Translations under genes and position numbers: made by a program
In this document: positions 27,661 to 42,132 of the stretch, in pieces
Layout of the letters: each line of letters starts with the position of its first letter
Numbering within the stretch: position 1 is the stretch's first letter
From: Bugula neritina
Taxonomy: Eukaryota > Animalia > Bryozoa
Direction: 5' to 3'
Length of the DNA: 64,000 nt
Assembly: GCA_964035545.1 (NCBI GenBank)
Contig: OZ037768.1
Location: 24,647,319 to 24,711,318, forward strand
Notes under the pieces: model-generated
Seen by the model: only the letters and a program-made list of their open reading frames with translations
Told to the model about the DNA's origin: nothing
Database searches by the model: none

Positions 27661-30600
27661 ATGGCAAATCAGAATTTTATGTATGGAGACTCTTGGTTTC
27701 TGGCAAGGGCTATGGATTCATTGAGTCAGAGTGGAGTTAGCAGCATGAGGTGAGCTGTTTTAAGCTGCCGACCTTTTCACAGTATATCAATGTATATGAA
27801 CAATATGTCAATGTATATAAACAATATATCAATGTATATGAACGATATATCAATGTATATGAACGATATATCAGTGTATATGAAGTGAATAAATATATAA
27901 AGGGTCAGATGCATTGGATGCAAGAGTGTTGGTCCTTTACAAAGCTTCTTTCATTATTATAGTTGATATATTGTTTGTTTTGCAGCAGCAGCAGCAGCAG
28001 TTTTCGGCCAGTGAGGTTGCACAACAGTTGTGAGTATTGCTATAATATATAAATAACTGCAACTCTTGTAATATATTGCTATAATTACTCTTACATAAGA
28101 ATATAATTGCTAACATTTTGTAGCATTGTCATACCATGATGAGGAATTATCACTTGACCCGGATCTGCATAGTATCCCATCAGTCCCATCAGGTCAGTCT
28201 AAAAGCACAAGTTATATTATAATGCAGGCAGCATTTCGTTGTAGATTTTACACTTCATTATAATGTACGGTGAATTCAATTTGAACTGAGTACTTCAACA
28301 AGTACAAAGAAGGGGAGGCTACGCCACTGTATAGCATGTATAGCAAGGCTATGACACTGTATAGCATGTGTAACAAGGCTATGACACTGTATAACATGTG
28401 TAACAAGGCTATGACACTGTATAACATGTGTAACAAGGCTATGACACTGTATAGCATGTATAGCAAGGCTATGACACTGTATAACATGTGTAACAAGGCT
28501 ATGACACTGTACAACATGTGTAACAAGGCTATGACACTGTATAACATGTGTAACAAGGCTATGACACTGTATAACATGTGTAACAAGGCTATGACACTGT
28601 ACAACATGTGTAACAAGGCTATGACACTGTATAACATGTGTAACAAGGCTATGACACTGTATAACATGTGTAACAAGGCTATGACACTGTATAACATGTG
28701 TAACAAGGCTATGACACTGTTTAACATGCAGGCAAACTTTAAATTCACCTGTTTTGCTGATGAGATAATACGTTGCGTTTTTTAATTGCAGATAAATTGT
28801 CGTCTAGATTGGAAAAGCTAGAAGGTATTCTCATTCTTTTACCCACACTTCTGGTATGATCTATTTCAAATGTTGGCATATTATTTTTATCCGATATAAA
28901 TGAAACTGTGAAGTTGTAATAAAACTAAAGGCACATGGGTTATAATTAAATTTTACGTAATATATTTAACTTGGCCTTTCATGTTTCTTTTAGCCGCAGT
29001 TGATCAGCTGCAAAAGGGTAAGTAATTCCCGTTTCCAATTAATTAGCAGCATTTACATGTGATGTAATATGTTGTACAGTGATACTGCTTTCTACTATGT
29101 AATGTGTAAGTATATTCATGTTTATATCTGAGTATTATGTAATGTGTAAGTATATTCATGTTTATGTTTTTAGGGAGAGCCTGCGACAAGTTAGAAATAC
29201 AAAACCTGAAAGGTGACTTTCTACTTTGAAAATTGGTTCATTTAATTTTAATATTATTAGTTATGGGGGTAATGTACTAAGTTATGGGGGTAATGTACTA
29301 GGTTTAGGGGGTAATGTACTAGGTTTAGGGGATAATGTACTAGGTTTAGGGGATAATGTACTAGGTTTAGGGGGTAATGTACTAGGTTTAGGCAATTTTC
29401 ATGTTTTATATCATGGTTATAAATACTACATTTGATGTAAAAAACTATGTCAACAATGTAATGTTCTATTTTGTAATATTTTAGATGAAATTGAGTCACT
29501 GAGAGAAGAGAAGTCAAGGAGTATGTCCATACATCTGATAATATAAATTACACGAAACCCAGGGCTTTGTACTCCGGTCTATAGATTGTATATTTAATAA
29601 GTTAATGTTTTAAAAGAGGCAACTCTAGTAGAGTATATTTATATTCGGCTTCATTCATAATGTTAATTGACTGGACTTGAAGTGTTTTATTAGTTTGTGG
29701 ATATGCTTTATTTATTATGTTGCTCTTTAATTTCAGATGGCAATGATGGACATGTGGAGGGTGCAGGGCTGAATAAACAGTTGGAGAAGTTCAAGGATTC
29801 TTTTCAAGGTATGTTATTGGAATTTGTGTATAGTGTCTGTGTGTATATTACTAGCTACTGTGTATATATTACTAGCTACTGTGTATATATTACTAGCTAC
29901 TGTGTGTATTACTAGCTACTGTGTGTATATTACTAGCTACTGTGTACATTACTAGCTACTGTGTATATTACTAGCTACTGTGTGTATTACTAGCTACTGT
30001 GTATATTACTAGCTACTGTGTATATTACTAGCTACTGTGTATATTACTAGCTACTGTGTATATTACTAGCTACTGTGTGTATATTACTAGCTACTGTGTA
30101 TATTACTAGCTACTGTGTATATATTACTAGCTACTGTGTATATATTACTAGCTACTGTGTATACATTACTAGCTACTGTGTGTATATTACTAGCTACTGT
30201 GTATATATTACTAGCTACTGTGTGTATATTACTAGCTACTGTGTACATTACTAGCTACTGTGTACATTACTAGCTACTGTGTGTATTACTAGCTACTGTG
30301 TGTATATTACTAGCTACTGTGTATATTACTAGCTACTGTGTATATTACTAGCTACTGTGTATATATTACTAGCTACTGTGTGTATTACTAGCTACTGTGT
30401 GTATATTACTAGCTACTGTGTATATTACTAGCTACTGTGTGTATACTACATGTCCAAATGTATTTGTTTTTCAGGTGTCTTTGATCAAGTGGCTCAGAAT
30501 CCTCAGATGGACATAATAAAAAGTTTGTATTACTATACTGTATATTACTATACTGTGTATTACTATACTGTATATTACTATACTGTATATTACTATACTG

Positions 30601-33594
30601 TGTATTACTATACTGTGTATTACTATACTGTGTATTACTATACTGTGTATTACTATACTGTATACTATACTGTATATTACTATACTGTATATTACTATAC
30701 TGTATATTACTATACTGTATATTACTATACTGTGAATTACTATACTGTGTATTACTATACTGTATACTATACTGTATATTACTATACTGTATATTACTAT
30801 ACTGTGAATTACTATACTGTGTATTACTATACTGTGTATTACTATACTGTGTATTACTATACTGTGTATTACTATACTGTATACTATACTGTATATTACT
30901 ATACTGTATATTACTATACTGTATATTACTATACTGTATATTACTATACTGTGAATTACTATACTGTGTATTACTATACTGTATACTATACTGTATATTA
31001 CTATACTGTATATTACTATACTGTGAATTACTATACTGTGTATTACTATACTGTGTATTACTATACTGTGTATTACTATACTGTGTATTACTATACTGTG
31101 TATTACTATACTGTGTATACTATACTGTGTATTACTATACTGCGTATTACTATATTATATTCATAATGCAGGTCACATGGCTAAGCTATTCAATGATATG
31201 GGTGCTGAAATAAGGGGTGAGTTAGTAACATTATATTAAGTAAATATATAAAGTGTTGCCTGGTAAACCCATAGCTCTGTATTTCTAGTAGAGTTGTTTA
31301 TTCATGTAAGACATCTACTTGATTCAATAGTCAACTAAAGACTAACTTTGTATGTGATGATTGTTTCACAGCCCATGAGATCAGATGTGAGCAGTCTATG
31401 AGGACCATGCAATCTCAACTTCTTCAAATGGATGCAAGTATGAGAGGTGAGAGATTTCTTACCTCAGTTCACTGAAGATACTCAACTTAGTTCTCTGTTT
31501 GTTTGGAAAGTGATATTCTAGTCATGTGTGAAGACATGAGTTGAGTGTACAAACTGCTTGTTGTAGGTATGGTGGACAACGTGAAGCGTTGCGTGCTGGA
31601 GAACAATCAGAGAGATCAGTTCAACACTACGCAGCTATCAAAGCATCGAGGTGATATGTCTTAGCTCATTGCTATAGTATGCTATATGATATATATTATG
31701 TATTATATACAGTATAGTATATTATATACAATATAGTATATTATATACAGTGTGGTATATTATATACAGTATAGTATATTATATACAGTATAGTATATTA
31801 TATACAATATAGTATATTATATACAGTGTGGTATATTATATACAGTATAGTATATTATATACAATATAGTATATTATACACAGTGTAGTATATTATGTAC
31901 AGCACTGTATTTAATGTAGGGGTAACGGGGGCACAATGGTCATAGGGGTACAAAAAGCCAGCCAAATTGTGAGAGAACTTATTGACTTAGAGTTGTGATT
32001 TTATTAATAAAAAGGTATTGACATAATTATTCAGCCATTGTAGTTTCAACACTTGCGGAACATAACTGTTGAAAAGGCGAGTAAAAAACTGTTTTCACCC
32101 ACTTTTTGTAAACTTTTTAAGATGTCGTTACAGCTTTATAACTTTTTTACACTCAAAGGCAACAAGCCTAGATTTTACTGATATTGTTGCCATTGCTTGT
32201 CTCTACATTGCTCAACTAGTATAACAGCAAACTCTAAAATAAATTTTTCTTGAGGCACCTTTATTTTCAATTTGGCCACACGGAGCACAATGGGCCACAC
32301 TGACCGGGACACAATGGGCCACCTGATTATTGCACCTCGATCACTGTTATTAGTTTGTTTGCCCAAAGAGTTGGATGAAATGTTACTAAAATCTATAGAT
32401 ATAGCCATTTCTGACCTTTTTGTAAAATATCAGACATCATGGTAATATTACAAAACTACAAGGTGAAGCTCCCCTAATATATACATCTGGTGAGGTTAAA
32501 GCTTTGCCATTTTATACATAATACAAAACACTCTGCTGTTACTACTAATGGATAGTCATGATATTCATTATACATTATATCATTGAGGGAATATACATGC
32601 ATTTGACTAAAATAAATTGTGATTTGCTCATTTGCTCCCCCTCTCCCTTCCGTACTCCAGTCACAAACCGAAGTCATGCACCTTAGCTACAGTTCATAGA
32701 AAAAGTTCACTCGGAATTTTGTAGTGCATGTTACTAAAGTTTTTTTCTGATAAAAGTTCCTCTGAAGTGAAAATAAAAAAACATTTTTAGTTCTAAACAG
32801 TAATGATAATGGCACCGTAAAACCGAGTGATATGCGTTTGATTTTGCCTTCCCTCTGCTATCCGTGGTGGCACAAACTGTGCAGCTAAAACATGAATTTT
32901 GCTGTAGATCTGAAAGAATATGTTTATTTTATTTGTAATATTAAATAAATAAAGATCAGATGCAGAAAAATCTGCAAAGTTTTAATATATTTGTTGTGTC
33001 CCACCCAGTGGCCCATAGTACCCCGGTACCGGGCACAATGGGCCGATTTTTTCGTCATGAAAATTTCATTATTCTGAAATTTGTGAGAGAGATAGAAACA
33101 ACCAACTGATACCTGTAATAGACAACAGATGCAGCATTAAGACTAGAGATTATTGAACTAGTGACTTGAAAAACAGACGAATGAGAGCAAAAAATTCAAA
33201 ATTCGGCCCGTTGTGCCCCCTCTCCTTACCCCTTACCCTTACTATACTGTATATAATATACTATATAGTATATAATATACAGCACTGTATATAATATACT
33301 ATACTGTATATAATATACAGTATAGTATATTATATACAGTGTAATATATTGTATGCAGTATAGTATATTATATACAGTACACTATACTAGGAATGCTCAA
33401 CCAACACGATGCTCAGTTACAAGACGCTGCCGTTAGACAGTCAGCAGCAGACGAGTCTCTCTCTAGTCTGAGCAGAGATCTGGAGCAGACGAAGGTTGAC
33501 CTCACCGAGAGAGTTGACCAGACGGACCAGGTTGTCAACAGACTCGCTGATGATGTCAGCACTGACCGCAGCACCAGCTACCACAACTTCCGAG

Positions 33595-33625
<31 letters not shown>

Positions 33626-34839
33626 CCACCTACTATATGTTTTACAGTGTAATACTGTATTATGTTATACCGTATTATGTTATACTGTATTATGTTATAC
33701 TGTATTATGTTATACTGTATTATGTTATACTGTATTATGTTATACTGTGTAATACTGTATTATGTTATACAGTGTAATACTGTATTATGTTATACAGTGT
33801 AATACTGTATTATGTTATACAGTGTAATACTGTATTATGTTATACTGTATTATGTTATACAGTGTAATACTGTATTATGTTATACTGTATTATGTTATAC
33901 TGTATTATGTTATACTGTATTATGTTTTACTGTGTAATACTGTATTATGTTATACAGTGTAATACTGTATTATGTTATACAGTGTAATACTGTATTATGT
34001 TATACAGTGTAATACTGTATTATGTTATACAGTGTAATACTGTATTATGTTATACTGTATTATGTTATACAGTATTATGTTATACTGTATTATGTTTTAC
34101 AGTGTAATACTGTATTATGTTATACTGTATTATGTTATACGGTATTATGTTATACTGTATTATGTTTTACAGTGTAATACCGTATTATGTTATACTGTAT
34201 TATGTTATACTGTATTATGTAATACTGTATTATGTTATACTGTATTATGTTATACTGTATTATGTTATACAGTGTAAAACTGTATTATGTTATACAGTGT
34301 AATACTGTATTATGTTATACTGTATTATGTTATACAGTGTAATACTGTATTATGTTATACTGTATTATGTAATACTGTATTATGTTATACTGTATTATGT
34401 TATACTGTATTATGTTTTACAGTGTAATACTGTATTATGTAATACTGTATTATGTTATACTGTATTATGTTATACTGTATTATGTTTTACAGTGTAATAC
34501 TGTATTATGTTATACTGTATTATGTTATCCTGTATCTCCTGTCTGATTGTAGAACTCCGTGAGAATGGATATCTGACTAGTTATGGTAAGAGTTGTCTAC
34601 CCACTGTATACTAGCATAGCCCTAGTACCTAGCTAGTATCAACATAGCCCTAGTACCTAGCTAGTGTCAACATAGCCCTAGTACCTAGCTAGTGTCAGCA
34701 TAGCCCTAGTACCTAGCTAGCATCAGCATAGCCCTAGTACCTAGCTAGTATCAACATAGCCCTAGTACCTAGCTAGTGTCAACATAGCCTCTTGTTCCTA
34801 TTTCTAGCCGCTGGCCACCCTGAAGATGCTGGTGGATAA
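27661..34839 (+). CDS. Uncharacterised 308-aa coiled-coil protein. Exons 27661-27749, 27986-28029, 28124-28192, 28792-28824, 28994-29017, 29174-29212, 29485-29520, 29737-29808, 30475-30522, 31172-31216, 31372-31446, 31567-31650, 33391-33594, 34553-34585, 34808-34839
   Basis: All exons are flanked by YAG/GT sites, and their sum (927 nt) gives one stop-free ORF: MANQNFMYGDSW...DKLSSRLEKLEAAVDQLQKGRACDKLEIQNLKDEIESLREEK...SLSSLSRDLEQTKVDLTERVDQTDQVVNRLADD...AAGHPEDAGG*. Heptad-like L/E/K content; no family recognised. Confidence 0.8.
28322..28728. repeat. 30-nt intronic repeat ATGACACTGTATAACATGTGTAACAAGGCT
   Basis: Visible periodicity. Confidence 0.93.
29838..31152. repeat. Two related intronic repeats flanking exon 30475-30522: about 20-nt TATTACTAGCTACTGTGTA(TA) and 15-nt TATTACTATACTGTG
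   Basis: Visible periodicity. Confidence 0.9.
31919..33232. mobile_element. Non-autonomous DNA transposon relic (Tc1/mariner-pogo-like) in an intron of the coiled-coil gene
   Basis: Left end TA|GGGGTAACGGGGGCACAATGG; right end CCCGTTGTGCCCCCTCTCCTTACCCC. Internal repeats of the terminal motif CACAATGGGCC near 32286, 32310 and 33034. No ORF. Confidence 0.6.
33645..34528. repeat. 15/25-nt intronic repeat TACTGTATTATGTTA (with or without an extra CAGTGTAATA block)
   Basis: Visible periodicity. Confidence 0.92.
34610..34789. repeat. 28-nt intronic repeat AGCCCTAGTACCTAGCTAGT(A/G)TCAACAT
   Basis: Visible periodicity. Confidence 0.9.
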
Positions 34840-35605
34840 CAGTCATACTGAAGTCAAGAATGCGGGTGGTGTTCATACTCCCCGCTAGTTAGCTGGACTA
34901 CAGTTACATGACCTCCACCCTATCACTATACAATGTAATCTACATTTCCTATCCACTATGCACCGACTTCTATTCCAATTATAGACTGTTTAGAGGTCTG
35001 TGTGTAACACAAGTCCCGGTTGCATGTCTACCACAACTGTTTACATTCTCTTAGAGTCCTGTAGTTAACTGTCTCTTTAGTTCTTCTGTTTAACTTGAAT
35101 ATTCTCTTCAACCAAGTAATTTCATATTGATGTGAAGCTACCCAATTGTTTCTACTGTACATGTTGACCAATAAGAACAAGGGATCAGTTCAACCAATTA
35201 GCTTTGTTAGCAAATTCATATCTCACTATTAGAACCTTTGCTGAAGTATTAATAGGTAATTGAAACGGCAGGAATTTATGTGTTGTGGTGCAATTTTATT
35301 GACTTTTCTAATACTGATATTATAATTTTATATTTATTCAATATATACAGTGAATGTACAAGTATATAATATATCTTGTTTTCTAATATTTTATATGTAG
35401 ATTATTTAACATTTGTATAACCTAGTTCTATTGTATTTCATGTTAAGGGATGGAAATTTACACTAATTTTCAGGTCATGGACTCAGCATTGCATGTTTTT
35501 CATCACTTTTATGCTTTGCTCACTTTTTATAGTTTTATATCTGATTATTTTTCATACCTCAATTAAAGGATATAATAAATATATTCTTACAGTATATTCC
35601 TGTTG

Positions 35606-36737
35606 TGTGTATATAGTGTGCAGGGGGTGTGTATAGTGTGCAGGGGGTGTATATAGTGTGCAGGGGGTGTATATAGTGTGCAGGGGGTGTGTATAGTGTG
35701 CAGGGGGTGTATATAGTGTGCAGGGGGTGTATATAGTGTGCAGGGGGTGTATATAGTGTGCAGGGGGTGTATATAGTGTGCAGGGGGTGTATATAGTGTG
35801 CAGGGGGTGTATATAGTGTGCAGGGGGTGTATATAGTGTGCAGGGGGGGTATATAGTGTGCAGGGGGTGTATATAGTGTGCAGGGGGTGTATATAGTGTG
35901 CAGGGGGTGTATATAGTGTGCAGGGGGTGTATATAGTGTGCAGGGGGTGTATATACTGGTAGACTGAAGATGCAGTGCCAGGGGTGTATAATGGTACAGT
36001 GCCAGGGGTGTATAAAGGTACAGTGCCAGGGGTGTATAATGGTACAGTGCCAGGGGTGTATAAAGGTACAGTGCCAGGGGTGTATAAAGGTGCAGTGCTG
36101 GGGGTGTATAAAGGTGCAGAGCTAGGAGTGTATAAAGGTGCAGTGCTGGGGGTGTATAAAGGTGCAGTGCTGGGGGTGTATAAAGGTGCAGTTCTGGGGG
36201 TGTATAAAGGTGCAGTGCTGGGGGTGTATAAAGGTGCAGTGCTGGGGGTGTATAAAGGTGCAGTGCTGGGGGTGTATAAAGGTGCAGTGCTGGGGGTGTA
36301 TAAAGGTGCAGAGCTAGGAGTGTATAAAGGTGCAGTGCTGGGGGTGTATAAAGGTGCAGTTCTGGGGGTGTATAAAGGTGCAGTGCTGGGGGTGTATAAA
36401 GGTGCAGTGCTGGGGGTGTATAAAGGTGCAGTGCTGGGGGTGTATAAAGGTGCAGTGCTGGGGGTGTATAAAGGTGCAGTGCTGGGGGTGTATAAAGGTG
36501 CAGTGCTGGGGGTGTATAAAGGTGCAGTGCTGGGGGTGTATAAAGGTGCAGTGCTGGGGGTGTATAAAGGTGCAGTGCTGGGGGTGTATAAAGGTGCAGT
36601 GCTGGGGGTGTATAAAGGTGCAGTGCTGGGGGTGTATAAAGGTGCAGTGCTGGGGGTGTATAAAGGTGCAGTGCTGGGGGTGTATAAAGGTGCAGTGCTG
36701 GGGGTGTATAAAGATACAGTGCTAGGGGTGTATAAGG
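35606..36737. repeat. Adjacent related G-rich intergenic repeats: 20-nt CAGGGGGTGTATATAGTGTG (35606-35955) and 24-nt GTGTATAAAGGTGCAGTGCTGGGG (35970-36737)
   Basis: Visible periodicity. Confidence 0.95.
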
Positions 36738-37110
36738 CTGATGCCTCCAACACGCTGTTTGTTATGCAACCAATTAGTGATGTATAAATACTACTAGACT
36801 GTTAGACTGAGCTCTTTACTGTATGCTACACATCATAGGAAGGTACTCACATCACACCCCCTCACCTCTCTATAGAATGTGATCATTGAAACTGTAAATA
36901 CTAAACTGATTATTAGCAATAGCAGCAGCAGTAACATTTAATATACAAGCTATACATTAACCAACATTTATAATGCTCCTTATTTATAGCTTGCCTCAGC
37001 ATTGAGTACAACAAGCAGTAAATATCTAGTCTGCTGCACCTAACATTGTGAGAGAGAGAGACTGGAGTGTCCTTACTGCCATGTGCTGATAACTAACTAC
37101 AAGTGTCAAC

Positions 37111-38564
<1,454 letters not shown>

Positions 38565-39748
38565 TTTGATGCTGAAGTGATTTACTAAAGTATAATAATA
38601 TATTTTTACTAAAATGCTATCATATTATAGTTTCAATAAGATAATAAAATAGTACCTACATAGAATAAAATATTATAATGCAGTTTATATGTATCTCCTT
38701 CAATGTTTCATGTAGCATACTAGAATATAAACAGAATATGAAACAGTAAACTGGCACAATAAACACCTGCTACTATACATACATAATACGGTACAGCTTA
38801 CACTTCAACTTGTTAGACTGACTAACTTGTAGTCTCGATGCCTCTACATGTTTCTAAAATATCTTTGAATAGCAGGAAACCCCAAACCCCTAAGCTCTTG
38901 CAACCCCGGCAATGCCAGGCTAATAAAAAACTTAAAACTATCAAAATTTGAAGAATTACACATGGTTTGTTGTTATTTAGAAAGCTTCATTATTGATCAT
39001 TATTGATGCACTGAATTCTGGGGATAAATTACACCAAGCACACGCAGTGGTACTAGCCTTAATTACCCTATAAGTTTTGTATAAGTAGAATTGCAGGGAA
39101 AACCGTGACAGCACAGTCCAATTTATTTTAAATTTTTCATCTTATTTCAGACATACTCCAGCTTCCATCCTTCTTAGGGTAAAATCAACTAGAACAAATA
39201 AATATTGGATGAACTGCCAATTTTAAAACGAAGCATAACTATAATTAATTGTGTGCTTTATTCATTATAGGAAAAAAATATATCTGCATGCAGGTAACTG
39301 TTGAGATTTTCACAAAGAAAGAGACTTATGTTGATGAGAAAAGTGCTCAGTTTTAAAGCTATTCAGATAAACAAAAACAATGGCTACCAAAAACTCTTTG
39401 CTTTGGCTTTTAACATTTGATGAAGCTTTATCACCACCTTTATGTTAAACCATTCACCATTCAATCACCAATTTCTCATATGCTTGAGAATTTACAATGG
39501 ATACACCAAAAATATGGTGGGGTACAGCTCACTCTATACTAAGTTCTCACTCTATACTAAGTTCTCACTCTATACTATAGGTTCTCACTCTATACTATAG
39601 GTTCTCACTCTATACTATAGGTTCTCACTCTATACTAGGTTCTCACTCTATACTAGGTTCTCATTCTATACTAGGTTCTCACTCTATACTAGGTTCTCAT
39701 TCTATGCTAAGGTTACATGCATGTCACAGTGTCACATATACTCTGTAG

Positions 39749-41670
39749 CCGCTACTATCTGTAACAGTAACATGGTGAGAAGCACTACTGAGGTGAAGGA
39801 CAGAATAATACACGGTTCACGGTTCACGACCCAACAGCTCTGATGACAGGGTGGACCACTGTGAGTGCTATATATGACATGATATCGTACGATATATCAC
39901 TGTATGATACATCATATGATACAGTATAGTACATAACTCTTACAGTAAGCACTACCAACTCAACAATTCGCTGCTCGGACATCAAAAAGATGATTTCCCA
40001 GTCAGTGCATCCTTTGGCAGCCAGCCACTAGACATCAGGAGAGAGTTTCATTTTGGACTCAACGCAGAGTTTGGAAACTGTTTCACTTTCAACTCGGAAG
40101 GTTAAAGGTCAATGAGAGGGTCATTATTTCCTGTTCTATACCTCTCTAGTATACTACAGTACTATGTGTAGTATATTACAATATACTACATATAGTATAC
40201 TACAGTACTATGTGTAGTATATTACAATATATTACATATAGTATACTACAGTACTATATATATAGTATATTACAATATATTACATATAGTATACTACAGT
40301 ACTATATATAGTATATTACAATATATTACATATAGTATACTACAGTACTATATATATAGTATATTACAATAGATTACATATAGTATACTACAGTACTGTA
40401 TATAGTATATTACAATATATTACATATAGTATACTACAGTACTATACATAGTATATTACAATATATTACATATAGTATACTACAGTACTATATATATAGT
40501 ATATTACAATATATTACATATAGTATACTACACTACTATATATATAGTATATTACAATATATTACATTTAGTATACTACAGTATTATATATAGTATATTA
40601 CAATATATTACATATAGTATACTACAGTACTATATATATAGTATATTACAATATATTACATATAGTATACTACAATATATTACATATAGTATACTACAGT
40701 ACTATATATAGTATATTACAATATATTACATATAGTATACTACAGTACTATATATAGTATATTACAATATATTACATATAGTATACTACAGTACTATATA
40801 TAGTATATTACAATATATTACATATATTATACTACAGTACTATATATAGTATATTACAATATATTACATATAGTATACTACAGTACTGTATATAGTATAT
40901 TACAATATATTACATATAGTATACTACAGTACTATATATAGTATATTACAATATATTACATATAGTATACTACAGTACTATACATAGTATATTACAATAT
41001 ATTACATATAGTATACTACAGTACTATATATAGTATATTACAATATATTACATATAGTATACTACAGTACTATATATAGTATATTACAATATATTACATA
41101 TAGTATACTACAGTACTATATATAGTATATTACAATATATTACATATAGTATACTACAGTACTATATATAGTATATTACAATATATTACATATAGTATAC
41201 TACAGTACTATATATAGTATATTACAATATATTACATATAGTATACTACAGTACTATATATAATATATTACAATATATTACATATAGTATACTACAGTAC
41301 TATATATAATATATTACAATATATTACATATAGTATACTACAGTACTATATATAATATATTACAATATATTACATATATAGTATAGTGAGAATATGCGGG
41401 AGTGTATGATCAACATAATATTATCTTGTATGCAGCCATGGCTAGCTAAGGCTCTACGAACAAGATACTGTAAGAACAACTTCACAACCCGTTACATTCG
41501 GGGAAAACCTCCTTTAAGTACAGATTTACTTCACCAGTTTGACGACCACTATCATAAAGAAGATTCCTGCCACTGAGGATGGGGAGTTTGTGTCAGAGCT
41601 GGGTGAGTGTATATATATTACATAATACAATATACATATTATATAATACAATATATATATATTACATAAT

Positions 41671-41701
<31 letters not shown>

Positions 41702-42054
41702 TACATAATACAATATATATATTATATAATACAACATAAATATTCTATAACACAATATACATATTTTATAATACAACATAAATATTCTATAACACAATAT
41801 ACAGTATATATATTTATTAAATAACACAATATTTAGTTTGTATATTATATTATGCAATATACATATTCTGTAACGCAATATACAATACATATAACAGAGC
41901 AAAGTCATGTGTATTATTGATTGCAGGAGGAACATTTGGCCTTTGGATAGGATGGACTGTGCTCACAGTGTTTGAGTTTGTTGAACTCATCCGCGACTTG
42001 GTAGCTGTGCATTTGGTGAAGAGAAAGAGTCTGTTTAATACTCAGATGTACTAA
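39749..42054 (+). pseudogene. DEG/ENaC (ASIC/FaNaC superfamily) channel pseudogene fragment; exon remnants 39749-39860, 39946-40100, 41436-41602, 41927-42054
   Basis: Motifs ATICNSNMVR (cf. FPAVTICNxN), GHQKDDF...FGNCFTFNS, YIR/ENLL*VQIYFTSL and TM2 VSELGGTFGLWIGWTVLTVFEFVELI. In-frame TGA TGA near 39841, a frameshift plus TAA near 41500-41518, and no TM1 or most of the ectodomain. Confidence 0.82.
40146..41378. repeat. About 41-nt AT-rich repeat TAGTATACTACAGTACTATATATAGTATATTACAATATATTACATA
   Basis: Visible periodicity. Confidence 0.93.
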
Positions 42055-42132
42055 CACACAGTAAACAGCGCAACTCAAACATTATGTATGGTAATTCATT
42101 TGTAGAGCAGCAATGGGAGTAAAGTACACAGC

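Noticed and set aside
35587-36787. ORFs APLYTPST(n) and GVYKGAVL(n), and similar repeat ORFs elsewhere (ISSLL, YYTLY, poly-Leu, YIYI)
   Set aside because: Products of stop-free tandem repeats or microsatellites in introns and intergenic DNA.
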